From positions 1-64,000 of the forward strand of contig JBNJFB010000007.1 in assembly GCA_051746405.1 (NCBI GenBank): a stretch of 64,000 bases of DNA. Direction: 5' to 3'. A program made the position numbers and the translations under genes. Position 1 is the first letter of the stretch; every line of letters starts with the position of its first letter. The notes beneath the pieces are model-generated. The model had not been told where the DNA came from and made no database searches. It saw nothing but the letters and a program-made list of their open reading frames with translations. The DNA is from Campylobacterota bacterium (GTDB taxonomy: Bacteria; Campylobacterota; Campylobacteria; Campylobacterales; Arcobacteraceae). Shown one piece after another: positions 1 through 8,474 of the stretch.

Positions 1-657
1 AAATAGTAGTAAAAGTGATAAAAATATAGAAAAAATCAACATCTTATCACTTGGAACAAAAATTAATCCGCATATTGAAGCAGTTGCTCCTATTAAAAAA
101 GGTATAGGATTTTTTAGATTTTTATACTGTTCAATACATAAAACAACAAAAAGTGCAGTTAGCGAAAACTCTAATCCTGCTGTATCAAACTTAATATTAG
201 TACCAACTATTGCTCCAATGGTACAACCTAAGAACCAATAAAATTGATTAAAAGCTGTTAGAAAAAAATAATACCATCTTTTTTTTAGTTGGTCATCATC
301 TTTTATTGAAGTTAAAAGTGCATAAGTTTCATCAGTAAGTGCAAATATCAAATAAGGTTTAAGTCTTCCTGTTTTTTTAAACCTTTTAAGTAAAGATAGG
401 CCATAAAAAGACTGCCTTAGGTTTATAAACCATGTGGCTATTGCTATATCAACATAACCTGCTTTTACATTAAAAAAATTTATTGCTACAAACTGTAAAG
501 CACCCGCATAAATAAAAAGCGACATTATAGGAGCTAAATACCAAGGATAATCAAAAGATACCAAAAGTAAGCCAAAGGCAAAACCTAAAACTGAATATCC
601 CATCAAAACTGGAATAGATACTTTAAATGCAGCTTTTATCTCCTTTTTGTATTTCAA
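1..657 (-). CDS. azlC: AzlC-family branched-chain amino acid export permease (3' end runs off the window)
   Basis: Not in the ORF track. Manual translation from TTG at 657: MKYKKEIKAAFKVSIPVLMGYSVLGFAFG...MSLFIYAGALQF...INLRQSFYG...LTDETYA, which are AzlC motifs; open to position 1. Confidence 0.85.
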   Translation of the reverse strand, partial: MKYKKEIKAAFKVSIPVLMGYSVLGFAFGLLLVSFDYPWYLAPIMSLFIYAGALQFVAINFFNVKAGYVDIAIATWFINLRQSFYGLSLLKRFKKTGRLKPYLIFALTDETYALLTSIKDDDQLKKRWYYFFLTAFNQFYWFLGCTIGAIVGTNIKFDTAGLEFSLTALFVVLCIEQYKNLKNPIPFLIGATASICGLIFVPSDKMLIFSIFLSLLLLF

Positions 658-666
658 ATAAACTAC

Positions 667-1110
667 TTATTTATCAAACTTTTTATTATTTGGATTATTC
701 TTGAAAACATTCATTGATTTAGCTTTTGGGTTTTCATTAAACTTTTCAACTGTTGCAACTGAGTTTATATATAAAATAGACTCATCCACAACTATTTGAA
801 AAATAGAGTGTAAAGGTATCTTAACAACAGAACCAAAGTTTTCATTTCCAAACCCTGTTTCAAATGTAACAAAATCTTCATGTAACTCAAAAGATATTAG
901 TGCATAATTACTTCTTAAAATTGAAAACAGGCTGAATTTTTGAAGTTTACTTGAAATATGTTGGGGTAATTCTGGCTTGAAATTTACCATACCAATATTT
1001 GCTGTAATTGAAAACTCAATTGAGTTATCTAGTAAGTACTCAATTGTTTCATAAACTTGCTTTTGAACTATTTTTTTATAATCTTCACTTTGTAGTATTT
1101 CATTTATCAT
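667..1110 (-). CDS. Hypothetical protein, possible SspB-like fold
   Basis: 147-aa ORF with GGA SD; segment FVTFETGFG...VVKIPLHSIFQI loosely resembles the SspB core. Confidence 0.7.
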   Translation of the reverse strand: MINEILQSEDYKKIVQKQVYETIEYLLDNSIEFSITANIGMVNFKPELPQHISSKLQKFSLFSILRSNYALISFELHEDFVTFETGFGNENFGSVVKIPLHSIFQIVVDESILYINSVATVEKFNENPKAKSMNVFKNNPNNKKFDK

Positions 1111-1151
1111 TAATTAATATCCATTTTAAAAATTTGATGCTATTATAACTT

Positions 1152-1790
1152 ATGAAACAAATAATTACGCTTATATTTATATCTTTTAGTTGTTTATATG
1201 CATATGAATTTAAACTTAATAAAAAAGATATAGAAAAAATAGAAAAATCTTCACAAAAACACTTTATAATCAATAGATTAAAAAAATATCATACTCTAAA
1301 ACAGAAAATTAAAAACTATAATCTTAATAGAAAGCTAGGTCATGTGAACTCTTTTTTAAATAAAGTACTTTCAAAAGAGGATATTGACTCAAGCTCTTCA
1401 ATTGATTATTGGGCTACTCCAAAAGAGTTTTTAATAGAAGGGCATGGGGATTGTGAAGATTATGTTATTAGTAAATATTTTACTTTACTTGAATTAGGAG
1501 TTAATAAAAAACATCTATACTTTAGCGTTGTAAAAGTAAAAAATGCTCAAGATTATCATATGATTTTACTATATTTAGACACAAAAGAGTCTACTCCACT
1601 TGTTTTAGATAATCTTAGTTCAAAAGTAGTAAAACTTACAAAAAGAAAAAATCTAATCCCAAAGTTTGCATTTAATGAAATAGACTCTTATAAGTTAAAT
1701 CACAAAGGTTTTACTAAAAAGATTAATCTAAAGTGGCAAGACAATAAATGGGAAGAGCTTTTAAATAGAGTTTATGAAAAAAATGAGTAA
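1152..1790 (+). CDS. Transglutaminase-like cysteine peptidase (BTLCP/LapG family), exported
   Basis: Signal peptide; DYWATPKEF, GDCEDY, YHMIL and VLDN give the Cys-His-Asp triad. Confidence 0.9.
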   Translation: MKQIITLIFISFSCLYAYEFKLNKKDIEKIEKSSQKHFIINRLKKYHTLKQKIKNYNLNRKLGHVNSFLNKVLSKEDIDSSSSIDYWATPKEFLIEGHGDCEDYVISKYFTLLELGVNKKHLYFSVVKVKNAQDYHMILLYLDTKESTPLVLDNLSSKVVKLTKRKNLIPKFAFNEIDSYKLNHKGFTKKINLKWQDNKWEELLNRVYEKNE

Positions 1791-2344
1791 TCATCTAAAA
1801 TATCAAACCCTATCATTGCATTCATAAGTGCTATTTTTTCACTTTTATAAAGCATATCAAGGGTAATATAGCACTCAAATATATCTTTTTGGTTTAAATA
1901 TCTTTCTCTCGTAGTGCCATAAAGCAAAGGCTTTTTTCCAGTAAGCCATCTGTTTTTATAATATATAGCAATATTTGCTATTGAGGTATCTGTTATTAAT
2001 CCATTTTTTACTATTATAATCTCATCACAGCCATCTTTTTTTTTGTATAATCTATCCAAACAGTCTCTATTTAGATACTTCTTATTATACTCTATACTAT
2101 TATCATATACAATTTTAAAGCTTCTAATATCTCTTTTTTTATATGGGAAAAACTCCATATCTAAAACCCCTGATTCATCATAGATTAGTTTACATCTATA
2201 TAAATCTTCGCTAGGAGCATAAATATACTCATTTAAATCAATATTTAAAGCTACTGTATTTGCAACTCTTTTTTGATGATAAGGTAGATTTAAAGCCTCA
2301 TAATCTTCACATCTAATAGTTTCAAAATATTTAATACTACTCAA
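1772..2344 (-). CDS. Aminotransferase class IV / 4-amino-4-deoxychorismate lyase-like (short PabC type)
   Basis: YFETI, KYLNR, ITDTSIANI, PLLYGTTRE, LMNAMIGF motifs. Confidence 0.8.
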   Translation of the reverse strand: MSSIKYFETIRCEDYEALNLPYHQKRVANTVALNIDLNEYIYAPSEDLYRCKLIYDESGVLDMEFFPYKKRDIRSFKIVYDNSIEYNKKYLNRDCLDRLYKKKDGCDEIIIVKNGLITDTSIANIAIYYKNRWLTGKKPLLYGTTRERYLNQKDIFECYITLDMLYKSEKIALMNAMIGFDILDDYSFFS

Positions 2345-2414
2345 CTTAAGTAACCTTTAGTGGGTATTTATATATAAAGTGTATAATACCAAAATAATAT
2401 TTAAGGTAAATTCT

Positions 2415-3176
2415 ATGCAAAAAAAGTACAAAAAAGTTATCAATAACTATAGTGATTTTAATAAAATCTTTGATGATGCGTTTATTGGTGTTCCAAAAGA
2501 GTTTATAAATGAAAAAGAGCCATTTTATGGTACATTAAAAACTTTTTTAAATAAATATAAAAATATAGATTTAAGCAATACTACAACAGTTTTTTTTATG
2601 CATGGTTCAGCAGGACTTAAAAAGGGTACAGTCTATAGAAAATGGCTAGTCAATCAAGGATTTATATTTTTTGCACCTAACTCATTTAAAGTACAAAAAA
2701 GACCAACTTATGAAACTCCTGCAAAACTAAAAAAGTATGAAAAGGTTCATACATTTAGACAAGCAGAGATTCATTACTGCTATGAGAGACTAAGTGAATT
2801 AAACTTTATAGATACAAAAAAGCTTTTTTTGATGGGAAATTCAGAGGGTGGATTAGCAGCTGCTGCATATAAAGGTAAGGAGTTTAAAGGAAGGGTTATA
2901 ACAGCTTATTCATGTGAAAATGGCTACTACTCAAAAGATTTTAAAATTGGTGCAAGTAAAAGTGAACCTATTTTAAATATAATTGGAACCCATGATGAGT
3001 TTTTCTCAAATGAATCAAAACCAACAAAAAAATATGAAGTGCAAGGTCATTGTACAGATGCTTTAAGAAAATACCCTAATGCAAAAGTAATAATACTACC
3101 TCAAACAAAACACGATATTACAACTAATATCTATGTGAAAAATGATATTTTAAACTTCTTAAATCTATGGAAGTAG
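2415..3176 (+). CDS. Alpha/beta hydrolase (dienelactone hydrolase-like, Ser nucleophile)
   Basis: HGSAG, GNSEGG nucleophile elbow, HDEF, KHDI; ATG 2415 follows AAGG (track starts at GTG 2379). Confidence 0.75.
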   Translation: MQKKYKKVINNYSDFNKIFDDAFIGVPKEFINEKEPFYGTLKTFLNKYKNIDLSNTTTVFFMHGSAGLKKGTVYRKWLVNQGFIFFAPNSFKVQKRPTYETPAKLKKYEKVHTFRQAEIHYCYERLSELNFIDTKKLFLMGNSEGGLAAAAYKGKEFKGRVITAYSCENGYYSKDFKIGASKSEPILNIIGTHDEFFSNESKPTKKYEVQGHCTDALRKYPNAKVIILPQTKHDITTNIYVKNDILNFLNLWK

Positions 3177-3192
3177 AGCTACTCTACTTCCA
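3168..3192. terminator. Hairpin between convergent genes
   Basis: TGGAAGTAGAG-CTA-CTCTACTTCCA; U-tracts weak. Confidence 0.55.
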
Positions 3193-3198
3193 AAAAAC

Positions 3199-4233
3199 TT
3201 AGGACTCTTGTGAAAAAACTTTTGCCACATCTTTTGCATACTGTAACTCTGTTGTAATACCAACACAAGAACAGTTTATTTCTGATAGTACATACTTATT
3301 ATTTCCATTTTCATCATAATCTAAAATATAGTCCATAGTCCATAGTAAAGGATAGTTTTGCCCTGCTAAAAATGGTTTTAAATCTTTTAAACCATTCATT
3401 GTAATATCAACAACATCTTTCCATTTTGGTTCATCAGGAGATTCATACTTATACTTAGCACCACTAAATAGTGTGGCTGAAAACTCACCATCTTGTGGCT
3501 TTTTATGAACAACTGAAATAGGCTTATCATTTACTAATAATACTCTTATTTCACCTTCATTTATTCTCTGCAAGTATCTACACCCTACAAATCCATTTTT
3601 GCCTTGAAAGTATGCAGCATATTCACTCTCTTCTTCAAAATTCTTTTCAAATTTTGAAATAAACTCATGAACATCATCAAAGAAATACTTCTCATTATTT
3701 ACAGCTTCTGTTGAGATAATAGAACCATCATCTTGCTGTCTTACTAAATATACACCCTCACCTGTTGAACCATAGTTTGTCTTTAAAACTCTAATTCCAT
3801 ACTTTTTTAAATCATCTGGAAATTTTGAAGCAAAATCAGCAAAATTGTGATAAAAATATGAGTCATCATCACCAAGGTTAGTTCCTCTTAATTTAGCTAA
3901 AATATCTTTAAAATCAAGGTTTATCATAGCATCTGGGTGAGTATGAATCTGTACTCCGCTATCACCCAATGCTTTTAAAAACTGAAAATAATCATCTATA
4001 TGTTTTAAGTTACCTGGATTTATTCTAGAAATAACCGCATGGGCATTCTCTTTTAAGTAGTCTAATAACTGATACTTTTTATTAGGTCTAAAAAATACAA
4101 CTTCAGTATTAAAAGAGCTAACCTCTTCAATTGCTTTTAAAATAGGCTTAGTATCAGGTCTAAAACCATCAAAACCTTTGTCAGTACCTTTAGCGTATTC
4201 AATAATAAAAATTGTGTTATTCTTTTTTGTCAT
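3199..4233 (-). CDS. Cj0069-family ATP-grasp-like protein
   Basis: DKGFDGFRPDT, SRINPG, RVLKTNYGSTGEG, EGEIRV, HKKP..GEFSATLFSGA, LWTMDYIL, SEINCSCVG. Confidence 0.8.
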   Translation of the reverse strand: MTKKNNTIFIIEYAKGTDKGFDGFRPDTKPILKAIEEVSSFNTEVVFFRPNKKYQLLDYLKENAHAVISRINPGNLKHIDDYFQFLKALGDSGVQIHTHPDAMINLDFKDILAKLRGTNLGDDDSYFYHNFADFASKFPDDLKKYGIRVLKTNYGSTGEGVYLVRQQDDGSIISTEAVNNEKYFFDDVHEFISKFEKNFEEESEYAAYFQGKNGFVGCRYLQRINEGEIRVLLVNDKPISVVHKKPQDGEFSATLFSGAKYKYESPDEPKWKDVVDITMNGLKDLKPFLAGQNYPLLWTMDYILDYDENGNNKYVLSEINCSCVGITTELQYAKDVAKVFSQES

Positions 4234-4242
4234 TTAATCATC

Positions 4243-4295
4243 CTATCAATAAAATTGATAGAATAATAAAATCATTTAGTTACATTAAAGTTACA
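4243..4295 (-). promoter_or_regulatory. Candidate regulatory sites upstream of the Cj0069-family gene
   Basis: Inverted repeat CTATCAAT-AAA-ATTGATAG (4243-4261) touching the SD; direct repeat AGTTACA at 4278 and 4289 (11-bp period). Confidence 0.45.
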
Positions 4296-4353
4296 AATTG
4301 AAAAAATAATAAAATTTTAAAGCCATTGGTATATCTATTGATATATTTTAACT

Positions 4354-5445
4354 CTAATTTTCTAAAATATCTCCAAGTTCAGCTTCAAACTCTTCAATAG
4401 TAGGCAGTGAATTTTTAAGGTTTTCAGGTATCACTTCTGTAAGTTCAAATTCACTTACACCCATAGGTTTATTAATATCTCTTAATGCAAACTCTGCTTC
4501 AATATTATTTTTATCTCGACAAAGTAGTATACCTATAGTTGGATTATCATTGTCCTTTTTAAGCATTGTATCAACAGCTGAGATATAGTAGTTAAGTTTT
4601 CCTGCATATTCAGGGATAAACTTTTTATTTTTAAGTTCAATAACTACATAACATTTTAACTCTATATGATAAAAAAGTAGATCAATATATCTATCAATTC
4701 CTGCTACTTCTATATGGTACTGTTTCCCTACGAATGCAAATCCTTTTCCAAGTTCTAACAAAAACTTTGTGATATTATTGATAAGTTGCTCTTCTATATC
4801 TCTTTCTACAAATGATTTATCGAAACTAAAAAAATCAAATAAATAAGGGTCTTTTATAGTTTCTATAGCAAGGTCTGAAAGTGGTTGTGGCAGAGTATTT
4901 TCAAAGTTATTAACACCGCTACTGTCTCTTTGATAGAGATTAGATTTGATATTTATGGCTAATGTATCTTTACTCCAATTATTTTTTATTGTTTGCTCAA
5001 TATAATAGATTGATTCATCTATATTTTTAACTTTATTCAGTATCTCAATATTATGTCTCCAAGGTATTGTAAAAAGAATATTTTCCAATTTTCCAACTTT
5101 GGGTTGGACAATTTTATTTTCAACATTTTCAATTAGTCCAACTCTCCGTTGGACTAAATAAGGTGAGTAAAATTCATAGAATTTTTTCATACTAAAAAGA
5201 TTGGTTCTAGAAAACCCTTTGAGATTGGGAAACTCTTTTTTGATATCCTTCGCCATAGATTCAATAAATTTTGCTCCCCATTTTGATTCTTTTTGCTTTT
5301 GACTTATCATACCACCAACTTCAAAATAAAACTGTATCAATCCACTGTTAACTGTGACAGCAAGTTTTGTTTGAGTTTGTTTTATCTTTGTAGTAACATC
5401 AACTATAAAGTTTTTGTATTCATTTTGACTGGTCACATTATTCAT
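4354..5445 (-). CDS. DUF1016/YhcG-family PD-(D/E)XK nuclease-domain protein
   Basis: WGAKFI, GFSRTNL, IPWRHN, IKDPYLFDF, FLLELGKGFAFVGKQ, IDLLFYH, VIELK, PTIGILLC, LPTIEE. Confidence 0.92.
   Translation of the reverse strand: MNNVTSQNEYKNFIVDVTTKIKQTQTKLAVTVNSGLIQFYFEVGGMISQKQKESKWGAKFIESMAKDIKKEFPNLKGFSRTNLFSMKKFYEFYSPYLVQRRVGLIENVENKIVQPKVGKLENILFTIPWRHNIEILNKVKNIDESIYYIEQTIKNNWSKDTLAINIKSNLYQRDSSGVNNFENTLPQPLSDLAIETIKDPYLFDFFSFDKSFVERDIEEQLINNITKFLLELGKGFAFVGKQYHIEVAGIDRYIDLLFYHIELKCYVVIELKNKKFIPEYAGKLNYYISAVDTMLKKDNDNPTIGILLCRDKNNIEAEFALRDINKPMGVSEFELTEVIPENLKNSLPTIEEFEAELGDILEN
5087..5157. repeat. Two intragenic palindromes (core TCCAAC-N5-GTTGGA), 45 bp apart
   Basis: AATTtTCCAAC-TTTGG-GTTGGAcAATT (5087-5113) and TTAGTCCAAC-TCTCC-GTTGGACTAA (5133-5157). 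Confidence 0.8.
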
Positions 5446-5468
5446 ACTAATTACATCCTTTTATTTAT

Positions 5469-5607
5469 CTACTTCATGCACTCTATACAAATAACAGTTT
5501 CTGGCATTATCTTTAATCTTTCTATATTTTTCACTTCATCATAAATATTACAATATTCAAATTTTTCATTAAATACCTAATCTTTTGGATATTTATAGTC
5601 ATTTCAT
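5469..5607 (-). pseudogene. Decayed TraR/DksA C4 zinc-finger gene
   Basis: 5576->5469 reads VFNEKFEYCNIYDEVKNIERLKIMPETVICIECMK*; upstream AGGA-ATG AAA TGA at 5607 stops at once. Confidence 0.65.
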
Positions 5608-5613
5608 ATTATC

Positions 5614-6459
5614 CTACCTAAATAAAAGTAGTGGCTTCTTTGCATTTAAAAACATTTTTGTTGTAAAGCTTCCAAAAATTGCACTTTTTAATCTATTGTG
5701 GCTATATGCACCCATTGCTATTATATCTATTTCATTTTCATCTTGAAACTTAAGTAGTGTATCCACTGTTTCACCACTTAAAGAGTGTGTTTGTACTTCA
5801 AAATCTTGTTTTTCAAAGAGTTTCTTTGCTTCACCTAAGAGTCTATTTGAAGTTGTAGTATCTTTGTTTACATTTACAATATATCTTTTTGCATTTGGTA
5901 AAATTGGATTTTGTGTTGCTACTTGTATTGCTTTATTTGCATAATCACTTCCATCATAAGCCATAAGAATTGACTCTATTGGCTTAAATTCGCTATTTAC
6001 TAATAATATAGGAATATTAAGACCTCTTATAAGCTCTTCTATATGACTTCCTATGTTTTTAGAAGGGTTATCTTCCCCTTTTAGTCCTATGATTGCTATT
6101 TTTATATCTTGAGATAGATCATCTAAAGTCTCTTCTAAAGTACCATGTTTTTGTAAAGTCTCAAACTTTGTAATACCACTTTGTAAAGCATACTCTTCAT
6201 ACTCTTTTAAAACAGCTCTTCCTTTTGCTATAAGCTCTTTACTCTCATTCATCTCTTCATTTGTTAGCTCATCTAATAAACTATCTTTTGCTCCAAGGCC
6301 TATATTTCCTGATAAATCTGTTTTTTTTGAAATATGAGAATGTTCAATTACATTTAATAATACAAGTGGTAAATCTAACTTTTTTGAGATAAATATACCA
6401 TAGTCACAAACTGCTTTTGAAAGTTTAGAACCATCTAAACATACTAGTACCTTTTCCAA
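5614..6459 (-). CDS. Universal stress protein (tandem USP domains)
   Basis: VLVCLDGS, IGSHIEELIR, LMAYDGS, MGAYSHNRLKSAIFGSFT. Confidence 0.92.
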   Translation of the reverse strand: MEKVLVCLDGSKLSKAVCDYGIFISKKLDLPLVLLNVIEHSHISKKTDLSGNIGLGAKDSLLDELTNEEMNESKELIAKGRAVLKEYEEYALQSGITKFETLQKHGTLEETLDDLSQDIKIAIIGLKGEDNPSKNIGSHIEELIRGLNIPILLVNSEFKPIESILMAYDGSDYANKAIQVATQNPILPNAKRYIVNVNKDTTTSNRLLGEAKKLFEKQDFEVQTHSLSGETVDTLLKFQDENEIDIIAMGAYSHNRLKSAIFGSFTTKMFLNAKKPLLLFR

Positions 6460-6461
6460 TT

Positions 6462-7958
6462 TTAATGTCCTCCCATTACTTTATCAATCTCTTCTGGTTT
6501 ATCATGAACTCCAAATCTATCAATAATTGTAGAACTAGCTTCATTTTGACCAATAACTTCCACATCTGCACCCTCTCTTCTTAGTTTTATTACAGCTTTA
6601 TCTAAGGCATAAACAGCTGATACATCCCAAAAGTGAGCTTTTGTTAAGTCAATTACTACTTTATCTAATACCTCTTTAAAATCAAACATTTCATAAAACT
6701 TATCTGAACTATTAAAAAATATCTGCCCCACAAACTTATAAGTTTTAACTGTCTTATCTTCATTGTATGAAGTGTTGCAGTACATAAAGTGTGAGATTTT
6801 GTTTGCAAAGAATAGAGCAGCTAGAAGTACACCTGCAAAAACACCATGTGCTAGGTTATGAGTATAAACTGTAACTGCAACTGTTGTTAGCATAACAACA
6901 TTAGTTGATAAAGGTAGAGTTTTTAATCCCTTAATACTTCCCCAATCAAAAGTACCAATAGATACCATAATCATAACAGCAACAAGTGCAGCCATTGGAA
7001 TAACTGATAAAATATCACTCAGAAATACAACCATCAGAAGCAAGAAAACACCAGCAATTAAAGTAGACATTCTTGTTCTACCACCTGATTTTATATTGAT
7101 AACTGATTGTCCAATCATAGCACAACCTGCCATACCACCTAAAAAGCCTGAAGCAATATTTGCTATACCTTGTCCTCTTGCTTCTGTTTTTTTATCGCCC
7201 TTTGTATCTGTAAGTTCATCAACAATTGTAGTTGTCATAAATGATTCAAGTAAACCAACTACAGCTAAAGGTAAAGAGTAAGGTAAAATAATTTGTAATG
7301 TTTCAAAATTCAAAGGAACATCTGGCCATAAAAATACAGGTAGAGTATCAGGTAACTGTCCCATATCACCTACGGTTCTAACATCAATTCCAATAAAATA
7401 GACTGCAACTGTTAAAACAACAATAGTTACAAGTGGTGATGGTAGCATTTTTCCTATTTTTGGAATATATGGAAAAAGATATATGATTCCAAGTCCAATT
7501 ATTGTAAGAGCATAAACATGCCATGTTACATTAGTAAGTTCAGGAAGTTGAGCCATAAAAATCAAAATAGCTAAAGCATTTACAAAGCCTACTACAACAG
7601 CCCTTGCCACAAAACTCATAAGTTTATGAATACCAATTGAAGATAAAACTATTTGAATAACACCTGTTAATAAAGTTGCAGCTAATAAGTACTGCAATCC
7701 ATGCTCTTTTACTAATGTAACCATTAAAAGTGCCATTGCACCTGTTGCTGCACTAATCATACCTGGTCTTCCACCAACAAATGCAATTACAACTGCAATA
7801 CAAAATGAAGCATAAAGCCCTACTTTAGGGTCAACTCCTGCAATAATTGAAAAAGCAATAGCTTCAGGGATAAGTGCTAAAGCAACAACCAATCCAGATA
7901 GGGTATCATTTTTTATGTTTCCAAACCATTCATCTTTTCTAAAATATTTTTTTACCAT
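6462..7958 (-). CDS. SulP-family anion transporter with STAS domain
   Basis: [37 protein letters not shown]-terminal GQIFF...HFWD STAS. Confidence 0.93.
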   Translation of the reverse strand: MVKKYFRKDEWFGNIKNDTLSGLVVALALIPEAIAFSIIAGVDPKVGLYASFCIAVVIAFVGGRPGMISAATGAMALLMVTLVKEHGLQYLLAATLLTGVIQIVLSSIGIHKLMSFVARAVVVGFVNALAILIFMAQLPELTNVTWHVYALTIIGLGIIYLFPYIPKIGKMLPSPLVTIVVLTVAVYFIGIDVRTVGDMGQLPDTLPVFLWPDVPLNFETLQIILPYSLPLAVVGLLESFMTTTIVDELTDTKGDKKTEARGQGIANIASGFLGGMAGCAMIGQSVINIKSGGRTRMSTLIAGVFLLLMVVFLSDILSVIPMAALVAVMIMVSIGTFDWGSIKGLKTLPLSTNVVMLTTVAVTVYTHNLAHGVFAGVLLAALFFANKISHFMYCNTSYNEDKTVKTYKFVGQIFFNSSDKFYEMFDFKEVLDKVVIDLTKAHFWDVSAVYALDKAVIKLRREGADVEVIGQNEASSTIIDRFGVHDKPEEIDKVMGGH

Positions 7959-8180
7959 TTGTTTCCTTATCTTTTTATTGTCATTATTAATATTAATAAT
8001 ATTTAAGTGATTAATTATATTTGTCAGTAATTTTGATTTGAATAAATCATGCAGTTTTTACTATGTATTGTGTATAACAAATATAAGATTAATACTAAAA
8101 TAAACCATTTTCTACTATAATTTAAATATTTATCTCATATTTGTCATAATCACATTGTTTTGTAGCCTAAATCAAATTTT
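7959..8180 (-). ncRNA. Candidate structured cis-regulatory 5' leader of sulP-usp
   Basis: -10 TAGAAT at 8191->8186; 16-bp helix 8147-8132/8089-8074 plus inner helices with G-U pairs on the sense strand; alternative helix with 8026-8016. Confidence 0.5.
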
Positions 8181-8230
8181 TGGCAATTCTATCTAAAAAA
8201 TCTTTATATTAAGTTAAGAAAGTATTAAAA

Positions 8231-8461
8231 TTATTTTATTAAAGAAACAATCTCATCAACTCCTAATATTTTTCCACTTGCTTTAACTTCACCATCTATC
8301 ACAAGTGCGGGTGTACTCATAACTCCATAGTTCATAATCTCAACTGGGTCTTCTACTTTTTGCACTTCATGAAAACCACCAACTTTTGAAACTGCTTGTT
8401 TTGCAGCCTCTTCTAAACCTTTACATTTAGCACATCCTGTTCCTAGTATCTGTAATTTCAT
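8231..8461 (-). CDS. Small redox-active disulfide protein (thioredoxin-like, MTH895 type)
   Basis: ILGTGCAKC, YGVMSTPALVIDG; directly downstream of arsP. Confidence 0.9.
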   Translation of the reverse strand: MKLQILGTGCAKCKGLEEAAKQAVSKVGGFHEVQKVEDPVEIMNYGVMSTPALVIDGEVKASGKILGVDEIVSLIK

Positions 8462-8474
8462 TATTAAATCCTTT

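Noticed and set aside
4243..4261. FNR box
   Set aside because: Half-sites are in the reverse order (ATCAA...TTGAT) with different spacing from TTGAT-N4-ATCAA.
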